Under the pieces are notes generated by a model. That model did not search any database. It saw only the letters and a program-made list of their open reading frames with translations, and was not told where the DNA came from. 64,000 nt of DNA, from NCBI GenBank assembly GCA_030141605.1, contig JAQGDQ010000437.1, positions 133,818-197,817 on the forward strand, in the 5' to 3' direction. A program made the translations under genes and the position numbers. Positions 38,853-52,125 of this stretch are shown piece after piece (the first letter of the stretch is position 1; each line of letters begins with the position of its first letter). Origin of the DNA: Tubiluchus corallicola. Taxonomy: Eukaryota > Animalia > Priapulida.

Positions 38853-38990
38853 CTGCTCTTCTGCACTTTTCTTCTGTTTGGCAGCGGCAAGTGCGCTCGC
38901 GTAAGATGCATCTGACGACGTTCCAACATTCAACTTCTCTCTCTTGAATTCTTCCTGCTTCCGGGCGAGCTCAGCTTTCAAATCTACGAG
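38853..38990 (-). CDS. CCDC174: CCDC174 coding exon 2
   Basis: [20 protein letters not shown] (human [20 protein letters not shown]). Confidence 0.95.
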
Positions 38991-39064
38991 CTGAAAGCAA
39001 CATTCAGCACTGATCAGAATAAAATACCGCCAAGTGTCTTCAAAGGAAAACTGGATAATTGAAT

Positions 39065-39875
39065 AGACTCGATCTTATTTTAATTTACTTTCCAAAATAT
39101 ATATTTTCTTGTCTGTAATATTTGAATAATTACATTGGAAAGTAATTAACAGCAACCGAACACAGGTATCGCTTACGTTACAAACTTGCCACAGTTTGTG
39201 CAATGGCAGGCATCTTCCCTGCGCATCTAGCACATTTGCGTAAGTGAAGATTGCTATAAGACGCCGATGTGATGTCAAGAAAATGAGCCTTTCATCACAC
39301 TGACATCACAGACAAACACTGCAGATCATGATCACGCTTACTGCAACTATTTGTCAGCCACGCGAATGTGGTAAAAAGGCGGCTTTGCCAGTCTGAGTGC
39401 ATTCACTGAGACGCATAGCTTTGAAACTTTAACAAGATTTAACTATTCAAGGTAATTGTTATTTAATCTCAATTCAATATATTTATTTCACATACCGAAA
39501 TCTAGGTATGTAAGAATCTAAGCTTTGATTTAATAAAAGCGTGTGTAGTTTTCAATATTTTAAAGCATACTTTATTTTGAACTAATGTCTACACAATCGT
39601 TCGGTTTTCTTTTAAAGGAAGACCGGACGATTGTTTAGACTCAATCTCATTTTAATTGACTGTCCAAAATATACATTTTCTTGTATGCGCTGCTGCCAGT
39701 CTTAGTAGATTCACTGAGCCGCGCGTAGCTTTGTAAGCTTAATGAAATTTGAGTATTCGAGGTAATAATTATTTAATCTAAGCTTTAATTTAAAATAAGC
39801 TATTGTAGTTTTCAATATCTTAGAGCATTCTTTATTCTGAACTTGTGTTTACACAATCATCCTGTTTTCATTTAA
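39065..39875 (+). mobile_element. Two tandem partial copies of a Kolobok-like TTAA MITE
   Basis: Homologous to 52509-53057; junction ...cggttttcttttaaaggaagaccgg... Confidence 0.7.
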
Positions 39876-40213
39876 CAATTTACTTGAATTAGTTTTATGA
39901 ATCTTAAGAACCGCATTAACTGCGCTTCCGTATCAAATTTAGGAACTTGTAACAAATCTCGCACGATAATAAAAGAAACATGCCCAATGCTGACCTCTAC
40001 AATCGTAAATTTGAAAAAATAAACCTACACTACTTCTTAAAAAGCTGTCTATATCTTCTAATCGCACAAACTTCATTTTGGAGAAGATAGGAAGAATTTG
40101 TGATACATATTCTATAAAAAAAATTCAAAGTTGAGAAATGAGCATAAGCCTAACTTCGACGGAGGCTGGCTAGGAAAGACCTAGCACGAACAACACGTAA
40201 ATAACTCACTTAC

Positions 40214-40267
40214 TGAGGACGAATTGACATCAATAATTTTCCCTTTTGTGCTTCTGTGATCACTCAT
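40214..40267 (-). CDS. CCDC174: CCDC174 coding exon 1
   Basis: MSDHRSTKGKIIDVNSSS|gtaagt (human MDRRKKPLDVTASS). Confidence 0.9.
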
Positions 40268-40354
40268 TCTACAACAACTCTTATATTACGGGTACATATT
40301 CACTCAATTGCAGAATAAAGAAAATATTGTAATCAACGCCGCAAAATAGACAAA

Positions 40355-40405
40355 GACAGTCGCCATTTTTGCTGCCCAAATTGCTCGGCATTATGGGTAG
40401 TTTGC
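40355..40405 (-). promoter_or_regulatory. CCDC174 core promoter motifs
   Basis: YY1-type AAAATGGCG (40361-40369) and ZNF143/Staf-like ACTACCCATAATGC (40388-40401), both on the - strand. Confidence 0.55.
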
Positions 40406-43189
40406 TTAGGCTTCATTTCGGTCTGATTTTATTTCAAAAGGGGTTTACAACCCACGATTGCTCAGTGTCCTAACAAACGGTCCTAGAATTCGATAATAAT
40501 CAAATTCGATTTGTATCGAATTCCAAAGTCACAAATTCGCATTCTGGTAGAGGACGCTGTCATTTACTTTTAATAACACTAAAAATTATGTGCATTTAGC
40601 TAGGCTCAAATGTATCCATTTTGATTCTGTTGTTTCTGCGGCTTCTCAGATTCCTTTCCTCTTGTATGAGTAGATGATGAAATCGATTGCAAGGGTTCTT
40701 TAACAGTGTAACACCTTAATCCTTCTTCAGATTTACTTCCCCAACTTCCTTCAAAATGTTTTCCCATGTAAAACAATCAATCATTCAATTTGGTTGCTTT
40801 GTGCATATTTCATTTTTTCTTTTACACTTGTCATTTTGTCACTTCATTCATCATTGCATTATCACCTTAACAACAATGAGTAACAAATGTTGTAGGTGCT
40901 GCAAATCAGTGAAAAACAATCAAAGATGGACTCATTTAAAAGATTTTGAAAAATTGTCACTATAATAGAGATGAATATGTTTTTTTCCAGTTTTGTTCAG
41001 AAACGATATACTCGTTTAATAATATACTTTATGAAGATGATTTCAAACTAAATGCGTGCTTTGCAAACACTGGACTGATACTAGATAACAAAAGAATGAA
41101 TAAATCACAGAGAAAGCCAAGTCATTTGATGTTTTAACTCAATATAAAGTGGATTAGTATGACAATCAAACGTAACTATAATAATTGCAGCCTTCAGTTA
41201 AATGCAAATTTGTAAAATGGCCTTTTTATGTTTTAATAGAAATGACATATAAAACACTACAAAAATTGAATTGGAATATGGCAGTAATTGATTGTAGTAC
41301 AGCTTTGATAAGCAAAATAATAAAATAACTAATTAGTATGGGACCTGGCTCACCTAAAAATGCTTTAAAATGTTTACAAGAACAAACAAAATAATAAACC
41401 AAGCAAGTAATAATGGCATTTTATAATATTCATAGCATACCTGGCAACAGGTGCGTATAATAGTTCAGCGGCTCTTATAAATTGGACCTAGACTGAAAAT
41501 TTTTGCTATGTTCGACAAGTCAATAAATCACAACTCAAACTAGAGAAAAATACAGTTAGTAGGTTATCACATTCACAGCACTCTATAGAAAAATTTAGGA
41601 TGGTAGGTCATCATATTACAACACTCTAAGAAATTCATAACACACTAAGATTTAAACTCTTGCTAACTGGCTTACTACACATCAAAATACTAAAGTTTTT
41701 TATAACAATGAACAAAATAAAGAAAACAATCAAACTATTAAATGGTAGCTTATGCGACACAGCACTATATCAGAGCTAACAACAGAGCTAAGACAATAAA
41801 AGGAGACCAACTAATATTTGCAATGTAACTATTATATCACGAAGAAAAATGGTACCGAAGCAAAACGGTACGGCTACAGTCTGTATAATATCATATCACC
41901 ATTTTCATGAAGTGGGCATGTACTTCTCAATGATGTGTAGGGATGTGTGATCAAATGGCATATGTCGTAAACTATGTTTTATAAATGTCACAAAAAACAC
42001 GGATCCAGATTTGTTTCAAAAATAGCTACGGATACGGATCCGTATTCCATATCGTAGAAAGATGAGTATGGATCCGTACCTTCAGCCACTGCCTTATTTT
42101 AATTAACAAGGGAAAATTAATTCATTGTTAATTACAGGCATTTGCATAGTGCTTATATATAACACCCTTATATATAAGGCACTTATATATAAGCTTAGTG
42201 ATAATAATTGCAGCAAATCATTAATTGTTATAATGTCATCCACCACCAATCCTTCACCTCTTCCCCCCTGCACTTTTTATTGTACTCATCCTTTATCCAA
42301 ACATCACCCCATCCATAATTCCACTATCAGAGTACATAGGCTTAAAAGCTTTTACTTCTGAGTATTCTACATCCCAAGTAATGATATTGCTGTATTTTTG
42401 TTATTGGCTTTGTTATGTATATTGCTTGAGATAAACTACTATTACGGTATACCATTATACGGTATCACTACAACGGCATTTAATATCATGTGTTGAGACT
42501 TCACCTGAACTTTCTCTAAACGGTTTAACATTTTCTACAAGTAAATAAATGCTCTGTAGTGTCTAATTCACTGCTGCACATGGGACACATTAAATTCCTA
42601 CAAGTGAAGCTTGCTTTCGTCGACCGAGTTTAAAATCAAACAAGCTTGAATCAAATACTCTTCACTGAAATTTCCGAACCAAAGATTCCGCTTTCTGCTC
42701 TTTGAGTGGAAAAGGCAAAGGAGAAAAGCGTTGTAGTAAAAAATACGAAAATAAAGCAGAAATTCGCTTTTGGAAGACTGCTGTTTTGTTTTCAGAAATT
42801 GTTGTGTAACTTTTAGCCCACTGTACATGAGCTGCTGGTGGTCCTATGAACAGTAAGCCTAAGTAGCTAAAGGGTAACTGCGCTAGACAGGTAAGCCGTA
42901 TTTCTAATTGCTTCAATTGTTGGTGTACAGTAAGAACGAAATTATACTATAAGGTTCAAAGTAGATGCCCAAGCTTCTACTAGTTCAGAGTTCAAAGCAG
43001 ATGCGCAAGATGCATTTAATTGTTTAAAGCTTTATTGTAATGTTAGCCAAAACCTGAACTGTTCAGACCTCTCAAACCCAAGATGCAGCAAAATGGAGAC
43101 ATTTTTCAGAAAAAGTCGAGGAATGAGCTTAGCTAAGTTACTAAATACTGCATGCTATGATCTTGATGTGGAATTATTCTTAATTCAAT

Positions 43190-44235
43190 ACAGAGTAATG
43201 TAAATTGCTCCATATTGGTCATAATATAATCCGAAATACACTTATTCCTTCCATTTGCAAGACAATGAAGGCATAATAAAATCAACAGTGGTCACAAACT
43301 GTGAGAAAGACTTGGGTGTACTAATTGATGAGGACCTAAGTTACACAATCATACAAGCTCTGTATGTATCAATTGTCATATCTTGCTAGTAGGTCTGAAT
43401 ATCCGCGACGCAAGAAACCGAGCGGCTCATCAGGTGTTTTAAAGTTTTTGAAATCACCAAATGAGGTGAGGAAAACAGGTGATGGACTAGTGAGTTCCAA
43501 GAAAAAGAGAAAACTGGTGTATGAAGGCGTGACAAAGACGGCAAAACGAGTACGGAGAGCACGCTTAGCAAATGCCTGCTATGACTTTCAAGATTAAAGC
43601 TATTCTAAACTATGCCACAAGATAGAGTTACCATGCTTTATGAGCTTTTGGGGCTTAAGTCAATACTCCGCATGGCACCATTACAGCTAGTATCTCGTTT
43701 GATTGAGTAGTCCCAGAGCCTCGTTAGTACAATGAATATTCTACAGATAATAAAATTCTTGGAGCCATCAAACATACATTTACATAGATAAACAATGAAA
43801 TGACTGTTCAGATAATCAAAACTCTTATTAGACCACACATAGAATATGCAAATGTTGTTTGGGACCAAGGTTTATTGGAGATGCTCAACTCCCTTTGCAA
43901 TGAAGTGCTACCAAGCCGGTTCCGTGATTTTAGTGACTTGAATTACACGGAAAGACCAAGAAAATTAAGCATTCCATCTTTACAATACAGACACCAATGA
44001 TGTGACATGGTTTGTAGAATTATCAGTAAAATCGATGTTTCGGACGAGTCATTATTCTTTCTAAGGAATTCAGCATTCTACAAGAGGATATCCTTATAAA
44101 CTCTATAAACCCGGAGCCAGACTGGATGTAAGGAAGTACACCTTCCGAGTTGTAAACAGTGGGAACAGTCTAAACGGCAAAACTATAGCATCTAAATCAA
44201 TAAATAAATTTAAACGAAATTTAGAATGAGTGGAA
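43190..44235 (+). mobile_element. Degenerate CR1-clade LINE fragment with internal insertion
   Basis: CKLLHIGHN, CEKDLGVLID, KTLIRPHIEYANVVW and TRGYPYKLYK...LDVRKY motifs, with stops and frameshifts. Confidence 0.82.
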
Positions 44236-44600
44236 TCAAAAAAAGTTTCTTGTACCGTGTACACACACTACTGCCAGTAGAGAACAGGCATTACATGTGA
44301 TCCATGGATCTACCTCTAGCTTTAACATTGGATATGGCTAGGAATCTAGTAATCATTACGAACACTTTGTTACGTGCTTGCTGTATGACACAAATAAATG
44401 AAAATTGAATTGAACTCTAGGCTGGTTTGTAGAAGAAATATTTGTCATTTTTTATGAGGATGCCGTACTTACTTTAAAAATATGTCTTGACTTACAAACA
44501 ATAAATGATTAATTTTAAATCATTTAGGTAATAGTATGAAATCCGTATTTTATGAGTGCGCTAATCAGTATTTTTTCCATAGTCGTGATGTGAGGAAATA

Positions 44601-44717
44601 ATGAGTTCCGGCGGAGGGAAGTTGTACGCAAAGGGGAATGCTAATCCAGAGATGATCACATTGCCTTCGGGGAGGACGCTGGCAGAAGCAATGAAGGCTG
44701 TGGAGAATCAGGTTTCT
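44601..44717 (+). CDS. TAF12: Probable TAF12 first coding exon
   Basis: ATG after a ttttccatag acceptor; GC-rich 39-codon frame MSSGGGKLY...ENQVS|gtaagt. Phase 0 fits the next exon. No recognised homology. Confidence 0.55.
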
Positions 44718-45364
44718 GTAAGTTTGCGGAATAAGCATTTTGATGTTTGCTCAACCCGTTAAAATGTTACCAGGTTATTCAAACGTTTTACGCAAAAATT
44801 AATGTTGTTTAATACCTACAAGTTAAGTTTTTCCCAATGGGTAGTGTCAAGAATTTTAGGTTATTTTATTACTTCAGTGTTCTCTCATTCTGTAAACCCC
44901 CTATACTGTCCTTTAACTGCATTCGTATGTATGTCTAAACTTACATCTTTGTCTCATCTTACTAACTTGCTAAAGAGAACTCGACTGACAAAATTTTGTT
45001 ATGAAACGACACGACGTACTTTCCTATCCTGTCTGCAAAATGAGGCCAATGGTCTATTTCCTGTCCTAGCTCACCTGTCTATCAACAGCCTACATTTGCA
45101 AAAAACAAACACAAGGAGGCACCACGTGCTTATATCCAAAACAATGCTGTACAGTTTTACTGTTGAACAGTTTTAGATACAAGTGATTATTTGGAAGCTA
45201 GAAGGTTTTGAAGTGAAAATTCTGGAGAAATTTTGCAAATTTTTTCGAATTATTCTGTGAATTAAATTTACGGTACTAGAAATAATTGAGTAAAAAAAAT
45301 CTAAAGATAAAATTTACAGTGTGGAAAGAAAATTTAATTCTCTTTCAGAAAAATATAATTTAAA

Positions 45365-45510
45365 CCAGACAGTTTAGTCTAGTGGTAATGCGTCTGCTTT
45401 CCGTCTGGGAGGTCGTAAGTTCGAACCAGCGGCCAGGTCATACCAAAGACTTTAAAAATGTTCCCTGCTGTTGCGCTGCGTGGCGCGTGGTATTTAGGGT
45501 AAAAGTGGGG
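45365..45510 (+). mobile_element. tRNA-derived SINE (MetaSINE-like core)
   Basis: A box TAGTCTAGTGG, B box GTTCGAACC, then ggtcataccaaagactttaaaaatg. Followed by a duplicated tail ending in (ATT)n to about 45780. Confidence 0.7.
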
Positions 45511-46159
45511 TAATAATAGTCTCTGTTATGTAGTTGTAGGTTGTTATTTACAGTTGGCGATAATAGCTATTCGAGCTAATGTTAATTGTTGACCCAAAAG
45601 CCGACTTTAAATAAAGATTATTATTATTATTACTATTATCATTATTATCATTAACATAGTCTCTGTTATGTAGTTGTAGGTTGTTATTTACAGTCGGTGA
45701 TAATAGCTCTTTGAGCTAATGTTAATTGTTGACCCAAAAGCCGACTTTAAATAAAGATATTATTATTATTATTATTATTGCATTAGTATCTCATACATGT
45801 AGGCCGTTATGTGCTGTTTTATTGAGGGATGTCCAAATTATACAAATATTTGTTATCGTGAAGGAGAAAGTAATTCGATAATAAGAATGTTAAACTTCAT
45901 TTTATACCAAATCCTAGAGGCAACGCAGCTTTCTCCACTTTGTCTCTTTTCTGTCGCGAAGTTCACCTTAATTACTTCGAGTTGATTAACTTGACTTTTA
46001 AATATTACATTGTGTCTTCTTGCTCATTTCTTCATCTCATTCCCTCCCTTTTTTAGGCTTGTTACAACATTGATGTAGCTTAAATTTCCCTCTAATCTTA
46101 CTGTACTTATTTGTTACAGCTTTGATATAGCTTAAATTCCCCTCTAATCTTACTGTACT

Positions 46160-46670
46160 TATTTGCTTCTGAATGACCTTTTACATTAATAGTGTTCTAG
46201 TTTTCTGTATTTAAGCTATGTAAGACAGGTCTACCTTGAACATTTAGACGTGTGGGCTAGCCAGGCTAGTTGTTCCACTGTGTTTTAGTATAATGGTATT
46301 TTAGTATTGTTAACATTTATGTTATTTGCTTCTGAATGAACCTTTTACATTAATAGTGTTCTAGTTTTCTGTATTTAAGCTGTGTAAGATGGGTCTACCT
46401 TGAACATCTAGACCTGTGGCTAGCCAGGCTAATTGTTCCGCTGTGTTTTAGTATAGTTACCTAATATAATTGCTCATGACTTGTTAATATTTATGTTATT
46501 TGCTTCTGAATGACCTTTTACATTAATAGTGTTCTAGTTTTCTGTATTTAAGCTGTGTAAGACAGGTCTACCTTGAACATTTAGACCTGTGGGCTAGCCA
46601 GGCTAATTGTTCCGCTGTGTTTTAGTATAGTGGTATTTTAGTATTGATAATAATTATGTTATTTGATTCT
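46160..46670. repeat. Tandem repeat of about 170 bp, 3 copies
   Basis: ttatttgcttctgaatgaccttttacattaatagtgttctag... occurs three times. Confidence 0.88.
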
Positions 46671-47837
46671 GTGATTGTACCTGCTAGTATAGATGTTATA
46701 ATATAATTCCTCGTGACTTGTTAATGATTGTTTTTTATTCTTTGATTGAAAAAGCTAACAGGCTTAATACTTGTGGGCAAAGTTTAATTCAGTAACAGCT
46801 CTCCCACCTATTTCATTGCCTACATTTTCTCTCTGAACTTTGACTCTTTTTTTAAAATGTCCATTTTTTTAATTTTAGGTACCTGCTAAGTATTTTTTAT
46901 AACTGCTATTATGCATCAATTTTCTATGGAAGTCAACTGAATACAGAAAACTATGTGAATATATTCTGTGTCATGACATTTGTGTACCTGAAAACCAAAA
47001 TCGTCGTCCATAAGTCAGCATAGTTAAAACTGCGATATGATAGTTGAAAGTAGAATGCTCCAAAAATTTGGCTAAATTTTTATTTTTTATGAAGACAAAT
47101 GCTAAATATATTGGACTTTTATATTCTAGTACCAAATTATCAGGAAAATGTCCGCAAAATACTAAAAATCTAATTTTATAACTCCGTACCCACTTTTCTA
47201 GATACCACTGCTTCCACGTACTCAGTGGATGCTGAGTACGTGGCTGTCTCCACATACTCTGCTTCTCTGTTTCCACGTACTCCCATGTTTCCACGAAAAT
47301 GGCTGCTTCCACGTACTCATGGAAGCAGCCATTTTGCTTCGTTTTTTTTTCTGTTGACGAGACCAGATCTTCATGAGGAAGAGCCATCTACTGGATTTAA
47401 ACATAACTTCGATGTGTTTTTCTAAGGTGCATGGCAACCACACTTTCGTACGGTTGCTAAGTGTTTTGTAGACGCATGACAAAAAAAATGGCTGACATTT
47501 CTCAAATTAGGTTTTTCACTGCGTAGCCTGCACCTCAACTTCAACATGGATTATCTCAGCTTAGAAATAACATAGAGCCATGAACTTGGTATCAAAATGA
47601 TCCTCATGAAATGGAGATTTGGGATATGTGAACAACTAGAAAAGCTTAACTGCCGACTTATGGACGATTTTGCTATGCAAGCGACATTTCATGATGATAG
47701 AACTTGGTACAGTGCTTAGTAGAAATAAGAAAAGGTTGTAGGGATGTTTTACCACATAGAAAAACAGTTTAAATACAAAACTGAACCAGACCAGATTGTC
47801 CCAGAAAATCGATAACCCTATAACGAGGCAGTATTAA

Positions 47838-47973
47838 CCCTTTCAGTACGTAGTTGCCGTAGCAGCGAAACAAACAGACCCAGGTGACCATGCTTAGAGC
47901 TGAGCTTGGGTGGCCGGTGGCAGTCTACTGCCTTCACAAAACACATATTGTGCCGCCTTCCGTAGTGAAAGGG
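47838..47973. mobile_element. Short piggyBac-type MITE
   Basis: TTAA|ccctttcagtacg ... cgtagtgaaaggg|TTAA. Confidence 0.85.
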
Positions 47974-47999
47974 TTAACATGAGGTTTAAATTTTTACAG

Positions 48000-48188
48000 G
48001 GGGCTTCCTCCACTGTACCAGCTGCAACACTGACGAACACTGGCATCATTGCTGTGTCGTCGATGCCGTCGTCTCTCACTCAACCAATCAAACCTTCGAT
48101 AATAATGCACACTCCAGCGGTGGTGACCCAGCAAGTGCTGACCACCGTGCCGGTCACTGCTCCACCACCTTCAGCGATACCTAATAAG
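48000..48188 (+). CDS. TAF12: TAF12 exon (T/P/V-rich N-terminal region)
   Basis: tttttacag|GASSTVPAAT...SAIPNK|gtaatt; phase 0/0; in frame with the histone-fold exons. Confidence 0.75.
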
Positions 48189-48384
48189 GTAATTAATTAT
48201 ATGCGTGCTTGTGAACCATGTGTAACAATGGAACGGATAAGGCTATTTCATAATGCGACTGTTTTACACCTAGCATTCAACGCCACTATGCAGTGGCTTC
48301 GTATGGATGAGTCCATGACAATGTAGAGGGGGAGGGGTCGAAAATGAATGGCATTACCCCCCAGTAACAATATAATAAATACTT

Positions 48385-48778
48385 AATAAGCCTTTTCACA
48401 ATTTCGTTGTGGTGGGTGCACACATTTACTGTAGGTCAAAGGTTAAGTGTACTATAGCAATGTATCTTAACTACAATAGTCACATGACATGCAGTTAAAG
48501 CAAAGCCATCTGTTACATCAGTTCAGTAACTTCAGTTGTTTTAAGTGGACTTTACTTAATTACGCATTAGTGTGTGCATAGAGTGATTTAATAGAGTGAT
48601 AGAGTGATCTTGCTTGGGAACAAGAAAAAAATGAACTAGGTAAGGTTCTAGCTAGCTGTTAAAACTGTTAATGTTACAACAGCATGGGCTGCGATGCATT
48701 GCAAAGTGAACACAAATTGCTGGTGTGCACAAGTGTACACGATCATCATCAATCGCTGGAACTGTGAAAAGTCTTATT
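48385..48778 (+). mobile_element. 400-bp MITE family copy in TAF12 intron
   Basis: aataagccttttcaca ... tgtgaaaagtcttatt. Confidence 0.8.
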
Positions 48779-49075
48779 CTTGTGTGTTCAAAGCTTTTTC
48801 CAGGACTTTCATCGTGTGATGGCTAACATAGACATAGACATAGAACATTTATTTTCTCCAATTAGTTTAACATCAAAAGTTTTTTAAATATTACCTAATT
48901 ATAATCATGGAGCAGGGCAGGGAAGGTAGTCCCCTGCCCTTATAAATAGATTAGTCATATTAAAAATCAATAAAACTAACAGTTAGTCCTTAAACAGAAA
49001 ATGTTCCGTAACGTTAATTAATTTTGACTTACTTTTTCGTTAAACTAATTAAAATCTCGAGTGTTTATTCTTCAG

Positions 49076-49153
49076 GTGTTGTGCAAACGAAGATTGCAGG
49101 AGCTCGTCCGCGAGGTGGATCCTAACGAATTCCTGGAAGAGGACGTGGAGGAG
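49076..49153 (+). CDS. TAF12: TAF12 exon (start of histone fold)
   Basis: VLCKRRLQELVREVDPNEFLEEDVEE (human VLTKKKLQDLVREVDPNEQLDEDVEE). Confidence 0.96.
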
Positions 49154-49322
49154 GTAAGATCCAGTTGATGTGGAGTAAAGTTTAGTGCCGCCTGCTGGTG
49201 GTTTTTGTGTAGAACGACAGATTGGTCAGTTTTTGAAGACACGGTCTGAATGTCTATGTGTAAAGCCAGGATGCCACGCGTGCATAATGCACGATGTGTG
49301 CTGGCATACATATATATATATA

Positions 49323-49563
49323 TCATAATATAATATAATATGATATGATGTGATGTGATGTGATGTGATGTGATGTGATGTGATGTGATGTGATGTGATG
49401 TGATGTGATGTGATGTGATGTGATGTGATGTGATGTGATGTGATATGATATGATATGATATGATATGATATGATATGATATGATATGATATGATATGATA
49501 TGATATGATATGATATGATATGATATGATATGATATAATATAATATAATATATCATAATATAA
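49323..49563. repeat. Symmetric compound pentanucleotide microsatellite ATAAT/ATGAT/GTGAT
   Basis: Directly visible. Confidence 0.95.
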
Positions 49564-50324
49564 TTGTTATGTACAGAAGGCCTTCACTATTTCGTTCATG
49601 TTCCAAAGTCGTTTATTCTAAAGAGAATAATAAAGAGAACATTAACAAGTAAGAAAATAAATAAAATGATAAGCAGAAGCTTAGTAATTTCAAAGAAGTC
49701 AACTTATTGGTAAAAGTACTTTCTCAAATTTCAGAGATCAAATTCATAACTTAATTAAATTATTTAAGTTCATGTAACTTACATCGTTGGCTCTTCGTCA
49801 AGATTTAAAATTTCTCAAGGTACAAATTTGGTTATAACTAAACGCTGTTATTAACTATAACACAATAACGACAAAAAACATTGCTGTGAATAAAAACGCG
49901 ACCATCATTGTTCTCCTCCTGTCCTTTCCTCTCCACACTGCTAGTAGAGGGCAGCACCTTCCAATACATAGGTGTCGTTATGCATATTGCAGTTACACAC
50001 GATGTGTACTGACTGTCTCCATGTGTCCGTGAATGTTATGCGCATTAACAAAGCTCACGGCACTCTTTCCGCCATTTTTAGTAGCACTTAGTGGAAATTG
50101 CAAGTAATGTTTTTTGGAATACGTGCCTCTGTAGAAATGTCAACATGATGCGGCATGATCTTATTATTGTACTATGAAGTAATTCAAAAGAAAGTGCAGG
50201 TTTTGTTTTTATTGCACGAGTTTTTGCAGGTGAAAACAATACGGCATGTATAGAGGCTAAAAATGAGTTTTGCAACATTTGGCACTGCTTTCCTGCATAA
50301 CATCGTTATTGTTAATTTATATTG

Positions 50325-50722
50325 TCATCATTCTGGTTGCCGTTATTGTAGTCATTGTCATAGTCATCACCATCACTATCATCACCATCATCGTCATCAT
50401 CATCATGATCATTACATCTTCATCATCATCTTCAGTATCATCATCACTATTGTCATCATCGTCATCATCATCGTCAATATCATGATTATCACTATCGTCA
50501 TCATCATCATCATCATCTTCATTATCATCTCTGCACTATCATCATCACATATCCTCCTCATCATCATCATCTTCACTTTCATCATTAGTATTGTCATCAT
50601 CATCATCATCATCATCATCGCTATCGTCATCATCACCATCATCACCATAATCATCATCGTCAGTATCACTATTATCATCACTATCGTCATCATCATCATC
50701 CTTATTCATCGTCATCGTCGTT
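50325..50722. repeat. Degenerate (CAT)n microsatellite
   Basis: Directly visible; explains the poly-H/I/S/M ORFs. Confidence 0.93.
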
Positions 50723-50821
50723 ATCCATTTAAATTGTAGATTTGCACAGTGTTGTGAAACTGGTGTTTGTCAGTTTTTCATTTGTTATTGTCCAATTGTT
50801 TGTTTTATTCTTTTACATCAG

Positions 50822-50936
50822 ATGCTGCTGCAGATAGCCGATGACTTCATCGACGGTGTGATAAACGCATCCTGTCAGCTTGCGAAGCATCGCTGTTCCA
50901 GCACGCTAGAACCAAAAGACGTACAAGCTCATTTAG
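50822..50936 (+). CDS. TAF12: TAF12 exon (histone fold)
   Basis: MLLQIADDFIDGVINASCQLAKHRCSSTLEPKDVQAHL. Confidence 0.96.
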
Positions 50937-51294
50937 GTATGATACGAGACAGTTATTTTCATTACGCCGTTCAATTTTACTAAACATGGCTTCTCACATT
51001 TCAAAATGTAGTTTACACCTGTTTCTTCATAAGGACTCGATTAACTATTTTATAACATAATGAGCATTTTAATTTTACTAAATTTTTCTTCAATGAAATT
51101 TTCTATTATTTTGGTGTTTTAAATCGTCATTTCAGTATTAGCTTTATGTCGAGTGAATTTTTACTGTCAAGCATTCAAGCATATGGATTTTACGTTGTGC
51201 AAAAATAAATGAACTTAAAGCGCAAGAACTCCACTTACATTCGTTTTGAATTTTATGCCACTTATATGCTGTATTTTGCTTGCACGCAAGTATA

Positions 51295-51670
51295 TAATTT
51301 GACGACTGACCATTGGCTGTTTTGTGCTTGCATTGGTAAGGCAAGTATATACCTGCGTACGCTGTATAAAACTTCTAAATTTAAACTCCTACGGTGACCA
51401 TTAGGTGCGGCCAATTTGACGACTGACCATTGGCTGTATTGTGCTTGCATTGGTAACGCAAGTATATAACTGCATACGCTGTATAAAACTTCTAAATTTA
51501 AACTCCCACGGTGACCATTAGGTGCAGCCAATTTGACGACTGACCATTGGCTGTATTGTGCTTGCATTGGTAACGCAAGTATATAACTGCATACGCTGTA
51601 TAAAACTTCTAAATTTAAACTCCTACGGTGTCCATTAGGTGCAGCCAATTTGACGACTGACCATTGGCAA
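51295..51670. repeat. Tandem repeat of about 117 bp, 3 copies
   Basis: aatttgacgactgaccattggctg...ccattaggtgc repeated. Confidence 0.9.
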
Positions 51671-51867
51671 AAACAATATAATTGCAATTTGTTGCTGGCT
51701 CAAGGGGGCTTTGCCCCTTAACCCCATTGAGGGCCTAGGTGGCCCCAAAACCCCGGCCTGTTTCAGAGTTTTTTGCAATTTGTCATTCTCATCCCCGATT
51801 TATGGATAAGTACGGTGAGTGCCGGGTTCCAGAATTTCTTGAATATCTTGTATCTCATTTCTCACAG

Positions 51868-51965
51868 AACAACATTGGAACATGAGCATTCCTGGGTTTG
51901 GCACAGAAGAATTAAGGACGAATAGAAAAATCCCATCCAAGATGGCCACCGAAGCACACAGACAG
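51868..51965 (+). CDS. TAF12: TAF12 exon
   Basis: EQHWNMSIPGFGTEELR...TEAHRQ (human ERQWNMWIPGFGSEEIR...TEAHKQ). Confidence 0.95.
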
Positions 51966-52125
51966 GTATGGTTCTCATATTTTAGCATTGTGTGCATACA
52001 TCGGTGTCGGGGGGGGGGGGTATTACCCAGTAGGCTAACTAGGCTATTGCCTAGTGTGCTGAAGTTTATCCAAGAGGATCAGCAGTTTTTTATATTTTAA
52101 TTGTTTTTTCTTTGTTTTGCTACAG

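Noticed and set aside
45365-45440. tRNA gene
   Set aside because: A and B boxes are present, but I could not fold a complete cloverleaf and it continues into a SINE core.
50263-50739. His/Ile/Met-rich ORFs (similarly 56231-56698, 32339-32661, 57726-58265)
   Set aside because: Simple or minisatellite repeats open in several frames.
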